DNA of 64,000 nt from Bugula neritina (lineage: Eukaryota > Animalia > Bryozoa): NCBI GenBank assembly GCA_964035545.1, contig OZ037767.1, positions 22,336,628 to 22,400,627 of the forward strand. The letters are read 5' to 3'. This document shows, piece by piece, positions 44,701 to 64,000 of this stretch (positions are counted from its first letter, which is position 1; each line of letters opens with the position of its first letter). Both the position numbers and the translations under genes were made by a program. Below the pieces are notes generated by a model, which saw only the letters and a list, made by a program, of their open reading frames with translations, did no database searches and was not told where the DNA came from.

Positions 44701-47700
44701 ATTTAAGCTATTTGTATGACCAACAGCACACTTCACTCATCTGGTAAATATTTTGCAGCTCGTACAAGTAGTTGGTGCTGTATTTGGCATTGTTATGAAA
44801 AATATAATTATCAATTGGCATCTAGGCTTTTGCTTTGAATTTTGTTTTATAATTAACTTAAAGTAAATATATAATGCATCAACAGCAACAAAAATTGAAA
44901 TTATGCAAGTTACAAATAATTAAATTTAAATATAAAGAAAAACATTACTAGCAACAATAAAAAATTTCAAATAATATTTATTACGTTGTGTCTTACAACC
45001 AGTTCAACAATCAAAATGAATAAAACTTCACTCTGTATCTGTATTTCATTTAAGAAAGCTGCTTGTTATACTGCCTCATATACCATTCCTACATTTACTC
45101 TTATATCATTACGATAACACGCATACTAGAAAGTATTCACTATTTGAGAATGCAATTCTGATTCCTTATGTAAAGGAGAATGTCTCTCCATCCTACACTC
45201 TTACTGAGTAAGTTCATTTGCCATTTCTTTAAGACTTACAGCAGAAAGCTTACAGCTTACTAACAAGTTGTCTTCTATGAATATAATTACATATATCAAA
45301 ATAAATAATATTTGTAGCATTTATTTATAGAAGATACAGTATATCAAAATTTATTATAAACTAGCATCAGAAAGAAACTTAGAAATAGTAGGGACAGTGA
45401 CACTAAAACTATATCCTATAGACAAAAAAAAACCTGTTGCTTCAAAGTTAAGTTCAATCAAAAGTGGCTAAAGACTGTTAAAAAGTTTTGTTTTAAATCA
45501 AAAAGTGGTCAGTATTATTTATACTAAAACACAACTATTAACACTATTTTCTGTTGAGTGTGTATTTATAGCCTTTTTTTACTGTAATTACGCATGTGTA
45601 TGCATGTAGATATATATAAATTATTTATTATGATACGTTATGTGTGATCAGTTACTGAGAGAAATACAGCTAGTAGTAATTTGAATATGTATGTATATCA
45701 AATATTTTGGGTAGAGAAAATGCATATCGTGTGTATTTTCAATTGCATTTAGCAATAAAAATTATATACATTTGAATGAGCTCAACTATTGTTGTTATAA
45801 TAATATGATATATCAAAATAATGATACGGAAATTGTTAAGTGGGCATTGATTGTGATTTACAAAAATTGTACTCATTTAAATGAAAACAAACTATAATAA
45901 TGTTTACATTATTTACTTGCACAAAGTTATCACTGAAAAAACTGCCAGTATAACTATAAATACTTTTTTGGAAATAACAGATTTGTTGGTATCAAGAAAG
46001 TAGGTTAAATACACAATTAGATTTAAGACTTACTTACAACAAGTTATCATACATGGCTTATTAGGCTTAACATAAGTTATTATTGAAATAATATATACAT
46101 TACAGTTGGTGAAAAATTTAAAAAACTCTAACCAACATACCATCTTGCACTCGAAGAAGTTGCCTAGCATATTGTTAATTTAGCTTTTTTGTACCTATAT
46201 GCAGCATAATTGGCAGCTTTTACAATATAATTAGCCAAATTTTATTGTAATAAGTCATGCAAATATATTGAGAAAAAAACCATAATTTTATTTATAAAGA
46301 ATCTCTACCACACTTTATTTATGCGGCATTACTATATTCATATATACCTTAGCTATTATCTACAGGCGCGCCTTTTGAATTTTGATTACTCAAATAATTA
46401 TATCTTGCTTTATAATAATTTTAGTGTTTATGCCAATGACCCCTTTTTGGCTCTGGAATCCATAGTATTATAAACTAAGATAAATTGTTGCAGATTTTAT
46501 TGCATGCTATTCTTAGCTGATGCAAAACACATCCTAATTGCTGAGCTGGTTTAAAAGTTTTGTGTACAAATACACAAATATATATTCATTAGTAAAAAAT
46601 GACAACTTAAGAGTTAGGTGCAGCAATGGAGAAATTGAGAAAAGCCTGTGTTCTAGATTAAAAAAGTAGCAAAAGAAGTTACGTTCTCATAAAAATTTCA
46701 AACCGGCCCCAAACCTAAATTAATTATCAAAATTATAGACTCTAAACAAAATTACCTCAAACTCGTCATCAAATCCAGCATTGACAATTCTGAACAAGTA
46801 CTCTTCTCCTTCACTGACTCTGTGAATCTCTAGGGGTGCTGTGTTGTTGCCTATTCTCCCTCTTCCATTGATCAGATTACTCTCAGCTGGAAAGTTGAAA
46901 ACTCCATCGTCTACGGTAACGTCATCATATCTTTCATCTATTGCTAAAATAGACATGTATTTAAAAGTTAAAATTTCAATAAAATACAAAGCTTATAATT
47001 TGAGCTGAGCCATGTCAAATATTTTGATTTTAGAACTAAATTTGAAACAATGAGCAGCTTGCTTTTGATTTTATTCAAGTATGAAATATTTTACTTAAAC
47101 TCTAAAACACTTCCAATAAATCGGGAGTCTTATTGAAACAACAACATAACTTCCAAACACCAAGTTACTCATATTATAACCTAGTGGAAATGTTTTATTA
47201 GGGTTCAAGTTTGTTTTCTACTTTAAGCCTACAAGAATTGCATGCAATGAAACATTGTAAAGTGTTATTTTCTGCACTAACAATTACATACAAGTGAAGA
47301 TTTACAGTTTACAAAGACCTTGTGTATCAATTTTTTACATTATTTAGGTATGGCCAGCATGCAGGCAGAGTTCATAAAACGTATATAAGAGTATTACGTG
47401 CTTTAAACAAGATATCACATACTTAAAGAAGAATCTTCAAAGACATGTTTTGTTATTTAAATTATTAAAAAAAGAAGAGATTATAAAACTTGTTTTTATA
47501 CTTACGAAGATATGAGCCTGCAAGATTATCTGGCCCAATATAGGAAACGGCAAACACAGCAGCCCCAGCATGCAACAGATCATTGAATATAAGAGTGAAA
47601 GAAGGATAAGAAGGCTTCACCGGATCATAAACTATCACAGCTCCAAACAACCCATCCATTTTCTGCATTCCTTGATGAGAATGATACCAGAAAGTCCCAG

Positions 47701-50047
47701 CTTCATTAGCTACAAATCTGTAACAAGCAATTATGATTAGCACCCTTTCAGTATATTTGATAACCTCCTCGGTGAGCTGATTATATTGAGAATTTAGTTT
47801 TAATTTAGTCTTTCAGGCTTTTATTAGTTATAATGACCTTATTAGTTTTTTTATTAACAACAACAAAAACAAACAGTATTTAACTTATTAATGTACTTTG
47901 TGAAGCTTTACAGGTAAACTTGATTTATTGACAATATTTATACACACTTGTATGTGAAGACTGCACCAGGAGAAATGGGACATTGAGTGACATATGCAAC
48001 ACCATCAGCCCAAGGAGTTGCGACACCACCAGTTGCGTTACTTCCTTTCATATTGAGGCCGTGCCAGTGTATTGTAGCAGCGTCAAACATCAGATCATTG
48101 TGCACTCTCACATACACCTTTATGAACATTTTATCAGTTGAAAACATTGCAATAGTGGACATCATTTTGGGAAATTATTTTAATTCTCGGTTTTTTAGAT
48201 ACATTATATTTTACAGTATAAAACAGCTGCATGTGTGTAGTTGATGCGATTTGTTAATGAAACTCTAAATGTTTGCCTCCAACTGTTGTACATGCACTTG
48301 AGCAAATAATTTGGAAAAGGAAACTGAAGAATAATGATTGAAGTTGTAGTTCAATATCTGCTATAGCCTTGAAAGGGTTTTTATATATATACACAAGATA
48401 ATAATATAACGAAATAATATAGTGAAATTGTTAACTCGAGCAAATAGAACCTTTGCTTAAAAACAATAAAAATTCATAAACGCTGCTTTAGACATACACA
48501 AACATGGCTATAATTGCATGCAAATAACTCACGCAAGTTTATAGTCACTATCCCTGTGAGAAACCCCTGGTGGAAAGGGTTTTTGTTAAAGAGGGCTAAG
48601 GACTTATTTAAATGAGGCACAGGAGCAATTATGACTGGATGCTCTTCCTAACATCACCATTAATGGCGTTTGTCCGGCATGCAAATTTAGAAGGCTAAAT
48701 TGAAATTATATAGTGTTTATAATATAGTAAAATATTTTACTATAGTGCATTATATTGTTATTAAATTATATTATAATATGTGGACGTGTGCATTTTATTA
48801 TGAAAATTATATAAAAGCATAAAGAATTGAAAGTATAAAAAATTACTAATCCTAATGCGTACACATTGTAAGTACATTGCATAAGAGCATGTAAATATTC
48901 TAAGTACAGTATAAGTCTCCAAATCAACATACTACTATAACTTCAGTTTAGGTATTAATCCGTGTGTTATTAACTATCTATAGGTATCTTTAGCAGACAT
49001 TTCCCACCATGATTAGACAATGTGTTTGTTAACCTATTACGTCACACGATGGCGGGTGCCTTAGATGTAAGGAGTAGGTCACTTACAAGTGCACCAAGTG
49101 GAACTTCTATAGTTGGTCCTGGATAGTGTCCGTTGATGGCAATGTGCCTTATTTTAGCTCCTCCCAGCGTTGTAACGTTCTCTATGTCTACTGGTACTCT
49201 AGTTAAGTTTGGAGTGTAGAAGAGCTCCCCTTGGTCTAACGCCACATCCTAAAGTATATTCTAGATAGTCTGAGCTCACAAACATACAAAATATTATGCA
49301 AAATAAATATTTAATTTATATTCTCAAATTTGTAACAATACTAATAGATTGATGAATTTGAGAGCTGACTCACACATCCTATTGGCATACATCTAAACAA
49401 TGAGCTTGTGTAAAATTATTTGTTGGTGAAACTTTTGTAAAATATTATTTCATATTTTGAATTTAAGTTATTATAGCTACGATTATTATGGTTATTATAA
49501 TACATACAGCAAATCAACAAGTAATAATGTTATCTACAATTGTTATATAGCAGAACTTTTAGTATTCTTAAAAAGAAATTTCTGTTGTATTTCATGAACA
49601 TCTATGCCATGCAGTTCTTGAGTTTTTAATTTTTTTAATTTTGAAGCAACACCTATTTTTCATGTATAACCACAAAAAATAATTCAATTAGTAATAGCAA
49701 AGGCATGTAAAACCAGTGTAGCTGATAGCTATATAGCACTATATGCTGAGTTAGTGTTGGCTATATTAAAGCTGTTACAATCACTAGCTTAAGCAATGAT
49801 TTGCATTTACTGTTTATACTTCTTTACAAAGTAACGAAGTTAGCACAAGTTACCAATGAAAGTAAATAACATAGTAAGTACTTACATAGATAAGTCCAGC
49901 TTGGTCAGTGTACGTCATAGACATTGCCCATGTTAGATAGAAATCATAAATATACACATTGGGGTCGTTTGTTGGAATCGGAGTAGCTACTTGTAGTGCT
50001 AGTGAGCTGGAAACACCAAGTAATAGGAAAAGAAGCAAACTTATCAT
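41753..50047 (-). CDS. MCO-4: secreted multicopper oxidase (laccase-like), 11 exons, about 633 aa; closest paralog of MCO-3
   Basis: Exons 50047-49886, 49248-49087, 48117-47948, 47717-47506, 46943-46756, 44230-44098, 43792-43558, 43199-43007, 42816-42678, 42310-42107, 41856-41753; total 1902 nt, all [32 protein letters not shown]; ends PPNFPACGDFLLDEINF*. Confidence 0.95.
48526..48680 (-). mobile_element. tRNA-derived SINE copy, 3' two-thirds (MCO-4 intron 2)
   Basis: aactcacgcaagtttatagtcac..gaggcacaggagcaattatgactggatgctcttcctaacatcacca closely matches the reverse complement of 18350-18485. Confidence 0.8.
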
Positions 50048-50405
50048 TCTTCAATTCTGTCGCTCACACAGTGTAAATTCAACCAGGAGGCAGTCGATGT
50101 TAGGAAAGACCTTAGTTGAAAACTTAGTCCTTCCTTTTGTTTTCAAACATTTCGAATCTTTCTGCTACTACAGTTTTCGCTTCGAAGCTTTGCTGTTTAC
50201 TAACTACAGACAACCTTGTGTGAAACCCAAGTAGACCCATGCCACCAGTTACATATACTTCAGAGAGATTGAGTACCAGCACCTTTCTACCTTGACAAGC
50301 TTTGTATCACGTGGCCCTGTAACTGACCTTATAATAATCACTTTTGAGGTTAAGATGAGTGTGCATTTGTTATATGTTAAACTCAAATATATGCAAAATC
50401 ATTTT

Positions 50406-50516
<111 letters not shown>

Positions 50517-51771
50517 CTATTGAATAGATTTCTATTTAGCTCAGGTTTTGTACCAAGAAACTAGCTTGTATCTATTTACATTTGATGCTTAATATATTTT
50601 TTGAAGGGTAGATGGTAAAAGGCACTATATTATGTTGATTTATATATGTTATTATTACCTAATAATACATTAAACATATAATCTGATATATTATGTTTAA
50701 TATTTTAAATAAATTATTTTGCCACATGAAGAAAAAATATAATTAATTAAAGTCATAATATTAAAATAGAAAATAAAATTATACCATTGCAAGCTGTTCT
50801 TTTAGTTTCTAATTAAATATATATTGTCATAAAGCATAGTCCACCATTTGTTTCAGATAAATGTAAACAGATTAAGGACCTAGAAGGTAGTCTATCAGTC
50901 CAATTCAACATACAGTATGCCATTATCTACTGTCCTGGTGATGCAAGCAGTTGAAAAGATAACTCCAATAATAATCACTTTGGCTGCCATGCTTTACATA
51001 CTGCGCTGCTACATATAATATAGTTCTCTCAGATCAAAAGGAACCGCGTTATTAGAATTTTACTAGCATTTTCTACAAAACTGAATGCTAGACATATGTA
51101 GATGCTTTGATGCATAACAACCAAAAGTATTAGTTTTTGGAAAAACATGTACAGTATATTAAACCACATTCAAAGGTAATTGCAGGTTTACAAAAAATGA
51201 AGTGTGTTAGGTTATTCTCATTTTTATTTGTTTGTTTGCGCAGGAAGAAAATGGGATCATGTCATTTTTATTAGCAGTTAAAAGTTACAGTAACAGCAAA
51301 GACAAGCAGTGGGGCAAACACTTTTTAAATAAAATGTATGATAGAAATAGCTACATAAAACAGGTATAATGAAAATTGGTAATAGATTAATTAGTACATA
51401 GGCAATACTTTCACTTTGTATACATATATAGCTAATTTGTTTTACTTTGATGTACAAAAGCTGTAGAGCTCATATATACTGGTGGTGTTTTGTGATGCCA
51501 TTTGGTTTGAAATGCCTGATGTATCATTTACATCAGTATATGTCAGAAGAAGCATTTTCAAGAAGTGTGTCATATATATTATTGTATATTATTGCGAGTA
51601 GAGTTATTTTACAGAATAAGGAAAGGGGCACAACTCCCTGTACAAATTAATTAAAGTAAAAAGGAAAAATGTATTGGCTGAAATCTGTAACTTTTTGAAG
51701 AGATATGCATTGCCTATTTTAAATCATAAGTTTTACGTTTTATATTACGAAATTAGTGTACTTAAAAAGAA

Positions 51772-51985
51772 GTAGAAGTGGTTTGGTGGTTAGAACACTA
51801 GCACAGTAAACATGGAGTCTCACTAGGGCCATTGGTGATAGTAGGAAAGACATTCAGTCATAACTATTCTTTTGACACAATAGAAAATTAGTCTTTAGGC
51901 TGCTTAAAACAACCTTTTCCAACATGATCAGAATTTTCACAGCTGTGATATAACTAAAAACCAGGGTAAATTTTTGAGTTTTTTT
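51772..51985 (+). mobile_element. Degenerate tRNA-derived SINE copy
   Basis: gtggtttggtggttagaac..ggccattggtgatagtaggaaagacattcagtcata..gtgatataact..gagttttttt. Confidence 0.6.
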
Positions 51986-52979
51986 TCATGTTTAGAAGAA
52001 ATGCATACATGCAGTGACTTTCCTGTTGATAAAGTAATATTCCAAGTGTACCTAAATTAATTGTGTAAGTTAATTTTATTCTAGGCTCTTATTTTTGTGA
52101 ATTTATACATAATATATATTGCAAATACCTAAAACTTGCTTTATATTTGGGCTGCATTGCATGTATATACAAATTTTTTTATCAATGTTTCTCAGCTATA
52201 TTTGTGGATTTGTCTACTCAATTGTGGAAATGATATTTAATCGCTTTTTTGAGATACAATCTGATAACTAACAATTCACTTCATATAGAAAATACTTTGT
52301 TCTGTTTTGGTTGCATGCATCATTTCTCTATTCAGGGAGTTATGTTCTTTTATCATTTCATGTAGAAATGATTACCCACAATACATTTTCCTAAATCTGG
52401 CCTTTTTCTGGCTTGCTGATACAGAATGCTTAACCTAAGTAATTTAAAACAACCAGTATCAACGAATCACAAAGCTTAATGTCAAAAGCGAAATGGAGGC
52501 AAAAATTTTTATTTTCAATTTAAAGAAAATGCTCAAGAATACAAATTTTTACATTCTATGCATTTGTGTAATTTTAAAATATTAATTCAGGATTTTTTGG
52601 TGCAAAATTGGTAAAAATTTATGCACAAGATATACTATTTTATTTTGTAAAAGCAAGCTACGGATTTTATAAAAAATTTATCCTTTCTAAGTATTATGTT
52701 GGTAATTTGTTTCCACAAAGCTGTGCAACTTATGAACCTAAATTCTATCTGTATGGTTGAATGCATCTGAATATGTTTTGGTCTGAAGGTAATCTCAACT
52801 TTTATCAACTTTTTAGGAAATTAAAATGAACATAATTTTTTTCTGTAAAATGTTCATTCAACTGTTGTTATTTTTTCAATCAACTTTTAAGCTATAATTG
52901 AAATAATTTATTAGATTCTGTTAGTTGTAGTATTCATTTATTTAAATTAAGTTTGTACTGCATGTTCCTTTGACGGACT

Positions 52980-59777
<6,798 letters not shown>

Positions 59778-59883
59778 GGCTACTACCTTCCTTTCATGCC
59801 TACTCTACTTACTCAAGTCACGTATCACCTCAATATAGTGGCTGTATCCTTTTAGTTCACCAACACAAAAGGTGACATGCTTC

Positions 59884-59889
59884 TTTATA
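59884..59889 (-). promoter_or_regulatory. Candidate TATA box for MCO-5
   Basis: CTATAAAG on - strand about 107 bp upstream of the ATG; AP-1-like TGACTCA at 59945-59951. Confidence 0.35.
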
Positions 59890-61096
59890 GGTCTATATTC
59901 ACCTTCTAGCATGTGCTCCTATAAGAAGAACACATGATGCTTCTGACTCATACATCAAAGTATGCTTAATTAGCTCCAAACCCCCACATATCGTAAAGCT
60001 TAGCCATGTTAACTTTTGTTTGTACAATAATAAGTTATAAATTTAATTTTTTGTTACTTTTTCCTTACAATCTACAAATGAGTTTTGTAGGCCATGACTC
60101 AACATAGATCATTGAGTACACATTCATAGAGTTGACAACATTTAAAGATATTTAGCTAGTCCCATGCTTTGAATTATGTGGATAGATTTTTTATTTGATG
60201 CATGGGGACATTGCTTTTTTCATTCAATTTAATCTGCATGATCAGAGGGTGAGTCAATATTTGGAAAGTCTATTGCTTCGAAAGTTCATTAGTTTAAAAA
60301 AAATTGCTTAGTACGCTTGCACTATGAATACCTCATATATGATACATTTGAAACCTGGGAACATGGTAATGGGCATACAATTTTAACAATATAGTTCTTA
60401 TATATACAACATACTATAATGTGATATTGGCAAGGTACACCTTGAATCTATAAATTATCATACACAATTATAGTTTTTACTAATCTAATATCTTTATGTG
60501 TTTAATAGTTGGAGTATAAATACAAAGAAGTTATTAACTGCATGGTGGCAACAAATTTATAAAATACTGATAATATATTGTGTTGTTTGGCACAAATTTC
60601 AATTCGATCCAAGCCAAGTTTTATTCGCCATCGGTAAGTTTAGTCTAAAAGACAACTAGTAGAAATACACCTTTAAAAATATTTTCTCTTAGGCTGGTAC
60701 CTTCAGATTGTTCAACATGCCGTAGATCTATCATTTAGTTTAGGTAACTCTGATTGTACCTTCAATATACTTAACTTCAACTTTCTACTCATTTGCTATA
60801 TATAATATAGATGTTTTATAGTCTATTTGAAACTTGGAGAATTAAAGTTGAGCGATTTCTTAGATGAACTAAGATGACTTCCAACAGCTTGAACAGGGTG
60901 AACTGCTACTCAGCTAAAATATTTAACTGAATTTTTTGCTGAAGCAAGATTGGAATAAGAAAGTTCAATTTTAAAATTTATACTTTAATGAACTTTGTTG
61001 TGAAGTTTAAAGTTGCTGTAATAATTTTGTGGCAGTGACATAAATATGTATTACCTGCCAGCCTTTACTTGAGTTAAATTATGAGTTCAGTGATTT

Positions 61097-61363
61097 CAGG
61101 TAAAAATGGCATCTGAAAAAATCGCACAGGCAAAAATTGCACAGTAAAAGTGGCACAGGTAATAATGGTTCAAATAGAAAAGCAAGTAAAAATGGGACAC
61201 TGATATTGAATTTTCCCAAGCTCCAAACCTAAATCCCTTAAACCCCAACTCTAAACTCAAGCCCCCCATTTCAAGCCCCAAACCCTAATATTGAAAATGT
61301 GCCATTTTTATTTACTTTGCCATTTGTGCCCTTTTTACTATGCCATTATTACCTGTGCCATTT
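61097..61363. mobile_element. Foldback-type non-autonomous element with tandem ~15-bp subrepeats in inverted arms
   Basis: Left arm units caggtaaaaatggca / caggtaataatgg; right arm tgccattattacctgtgcca; central cctaaa/aaccc tract. Confidence 0.6.
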
Positions 61364-61874
61364 ATATGACTGTTTTATTACTGCATAAAAGAAGTGTGCT
61401 GATTATTCTTTAAATAACTCTCAATTTATTGAGTTATCTAGAATGAACTTTACCTGACATGATACTATCTTTATATTATTATGGTAATAATAAAGTGTCT
61501 CATCATTCACGATAAATAGGCAAGTAACTCTCAAATAGCTTCCTGAATATTCAAAACCCATTTCTTCTATTACTAACTTCAAGACACCAAGCATTCATCA
61601 AAGCAAGCTGTGGGATAGTTTGCTGTGACATTTCTTTCTCGGCTGCTATAATAAATTAAAGCCTGCATATTTAAGGCAAGGCCCAAATTCTGACACCATA
61701 AATGATATCATGTCACAAAGACAAGGCATATGTCAACTGAAGGGATAGCTTGAGATCTGAAAATAATGTTGTAAGTAAGAGCTGAATACTATAAGATACC
61801 CAAAAACCTCATTACTTAGTAGACAAACATGTACAATAGAGTGCTATAGCTACTACAATTTTTATGCAGGTTGC

Positions 61875-62280
61875 GTGTATGTACTCATGTGTATTGTGTA
61901 TGTACTCATGTGTATTGTGTATGTACTCATGTGTATTGTGTATGTACTCATGTGTATTGTGTATGTACTCATGTGTATTGTGTATGTACTCATGTGTATT
62001 GTGTATGTACTCATGTGTATTGTGTATGTACTCATGAGTATTGTGTATGTACTCATGTGTATTGTGTATGTACTCATGTGTATTGTGTATGTACTCATGT
62101 GTATTGTGTATGTACTCATGTGTATTGTGTATGTACTCATGTGTATTGTGTATGTACTCATGTGTATTGTGTATGTACTCATGTTTATTGTGTATGTACT
62201 CATGTGTATTGTGTATGTACTCATGTTTATTGTGTATGTACTCATGTGCATTATGTATGTACTCATGTTTATTGTGTATT
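61875..62280. repeat. 21-bp minisatellite (gtgtatgtactcatgtgtatt), about 19 copies
   Basis: Direct inspection; source of the HNTHEYI/CVCTHVY ORFs. Confidence 0.98.
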
Positions 62281-62610
62281 GACCTCAGGCGTTTAAACTG
62301 CCATACCAAGACTGTGCAGGTACTTGTTTCCCAGTTTCTCTTTGTTAATAGTGCAGCTTTAGTTCCTAATGGTTATCAGCTTTATAGTGACTGCAGTAAC
62401 TTGTTTTGCTAATTCCGCAAGGCTGCTTGGCCTTGAAGTGAGCCTGAAGAAAACTACAACCCAGCGTTCTCATCCGGCCTCAGCTGAACTAGATCACTAA
62501 CCAAATTTCTCTATCGACAACACAAGGCTAAATTCAGTTTATTGCTTTAAATATCTTAGAAGCATAAGTTTTTCTAATGCCCAGACAAAAAGAGATCTAT
62601 AGATAATACT
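62281..62610 (+). pseudogene. Decayed RTE-clade LINE reverse-transcriptase fragment
   Basis: DLRRLNCHTKTVQVLVSQFLFVNSAALV (cf. NLRRLxAxTKT..LLFADDAALV), then after a frameshift CFANSARLLGLEVSLKKT..PNFSIDNTRLNSVYCFKYLRS (cf. FGLxVSLKKT..FxYLGS); contains stops. Confidence 0.75.
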
Positions 62611-64000
62611 AGACTTATAGCTGCCTGTGCCTGAAATAATATTCAAAAATATGGGTAAAGTACCTTTAGATAGCTCTTTTTTAATTGCGCCACTTGGTAG
62701 GCAGTTCTATCTATAACAATGTGTTGGGATTTATTTCAAAACAGAAAATTACTGCTGTTAAAAAACAATAAAAAGGAAAAATCCAACACAGACTCATCAC
62801 GTCAAAGTATTGAATGTCGCTGTATGCACTTATCCTGCAATGGATTAATCATAACTGATTATAAAAACTGGTGTGCACTTTTGTTTTTAATTTACTTTTT
62901 ATTCAATATGTGTGCATATTTTGTTTATGCAACTTGTTTTCTCTTTTTTTCTGGTGTAGATCTTAAATGTACGTTTTCAAATTTATTTTTGGTCGCAAAG
63001 TTTTGCCTTTTGTTTTCATGCCGTGTGGGTGTGCACATGTGTGTGCTCATGTGTGTGCACATGTGTGCATGTATGCATGTAGCATTTTAGGAGCTCTTTT
63101 TCATAATTGATATTCACATATACTTTCCAGTGATTTTAGTGATAAAATTGTAACTCATTTGCTTGTAAATTTCATTGATATTTTCTAGGTACTACCTCAC
63201 TATATATAATGATATCTAATTAGGTATTATTGCTATTTATAAAATTTGGTAGAAACCCACCAAAAATAAATGTCTTTGCACTGGTATGCAATTAAATAAT
63301 TGTAAAAATGTTATTATTTTAATTCAAGATAATTGCATACTTAAGCCAAACTTTCGAAGCTCTATATTTTTTATTAGTTCTAAAAAACAAGCTTATGGTG
63401 AACATTGACAAAGACACATTGAGATCTGTACATTCCACAAGAACAATGGAGCCAATAAAAACATTTAAACAAAATAAAATGCAATCGTTTTTAGCTCCAA
63501 CACTAGCTGAATGTGTCTTCTTTTTGATCAAAAAGCTAGCATTTCACTTTGCGATAAATGATTTGTCTAATAACTTTTATTCTATTAATAAGTTGCAAGA
63601 AAATCTATGAAAACAGATTATGAGACATCAATAACTGCTAAATACTTCCACATTATATCAAATCAAACTGTGTGCCTCAAAACCTGTGATATTTTTCAAA
63701 TGTCAAGACATTTATGGCACTAACTTAAACCTATAAACTAAATTTAAGAAACATCAATTTCTTTTCAGCTAAAACCCAAGCTACACTTTATTTTTATAGA
63801 GCTCAAAAATCTAACATCCAAAAATAGCAAGTAATTACAACTGTCTCACATCTTGAAATCCTAGATCTATGAAAATTATCCCTTTAATGTATTTGAAGAA
63901 TCTTTTCAAGAGTTGGGCTAAAAGGAAACAGAAATTGTATAAACAAGATTATTATAAAATTGATACCAAACTGAGTAAAGTTAACAAGTTCAATCATCAT

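Noticed and set aside
59783-59797. Short upstream ORF (ATG AAA GGA AGG TAG) just before the MCO-5 start
   Set aside because: Four codons only and the TSS is unknown; such uORFs arise easily by chance.
61875-62280. Regular repeat resembling a CRISPR array
   Set aside because: Head-to-tail 21-mers with no unique spacers, no cas genes, and a eukaryotic context.

Overview
AT-rich, intron-rich animal genomic DNA, probably from an invertebrate (species not determinable from the sequence). The window is dominated by a tandem cluster of five complete 11-exon genes for secreted three-domain multicopper oxidases (laccase-like): MCO-1 on + (1703-8985), and MCO-2 (10731-17536), MCO-3 (19961-30549), MCO-4 (41753-50047) and MCO-5 (52980-59777) on -. 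I spliced all five by hand. They share intron phases, give open frames of 626-634 aa, and have signal peptides and the L1-L4 copper motifs. All five carry family-specific motif variants (HWHG-x17-DG, H[T/S][W/F]H[M/L]HG, HxHQ) and hypervariable pocket loops. MCO-5 has lost the type-1 copper cysteine (HCH->HRH) yet is otherwise intact. Other content: a young 5'-truncated CR1/L2-group LINE (36539-~39165), a decayed RTE fragment, a tRNA-derived SINE family (about 8 copies), hAT and Tigger-like MITEs, a foldback element, and many micro/minisatellites. A 193-bp palindrome in MCO-3 intron 2 contains a minimal type I hammerhead ribozyme of the Penelope-like-element kind. There are also signs of inter-paralog gene conversion, GC-AG introns in two paralogs, and exon fragments copied into MCO-5 introns.
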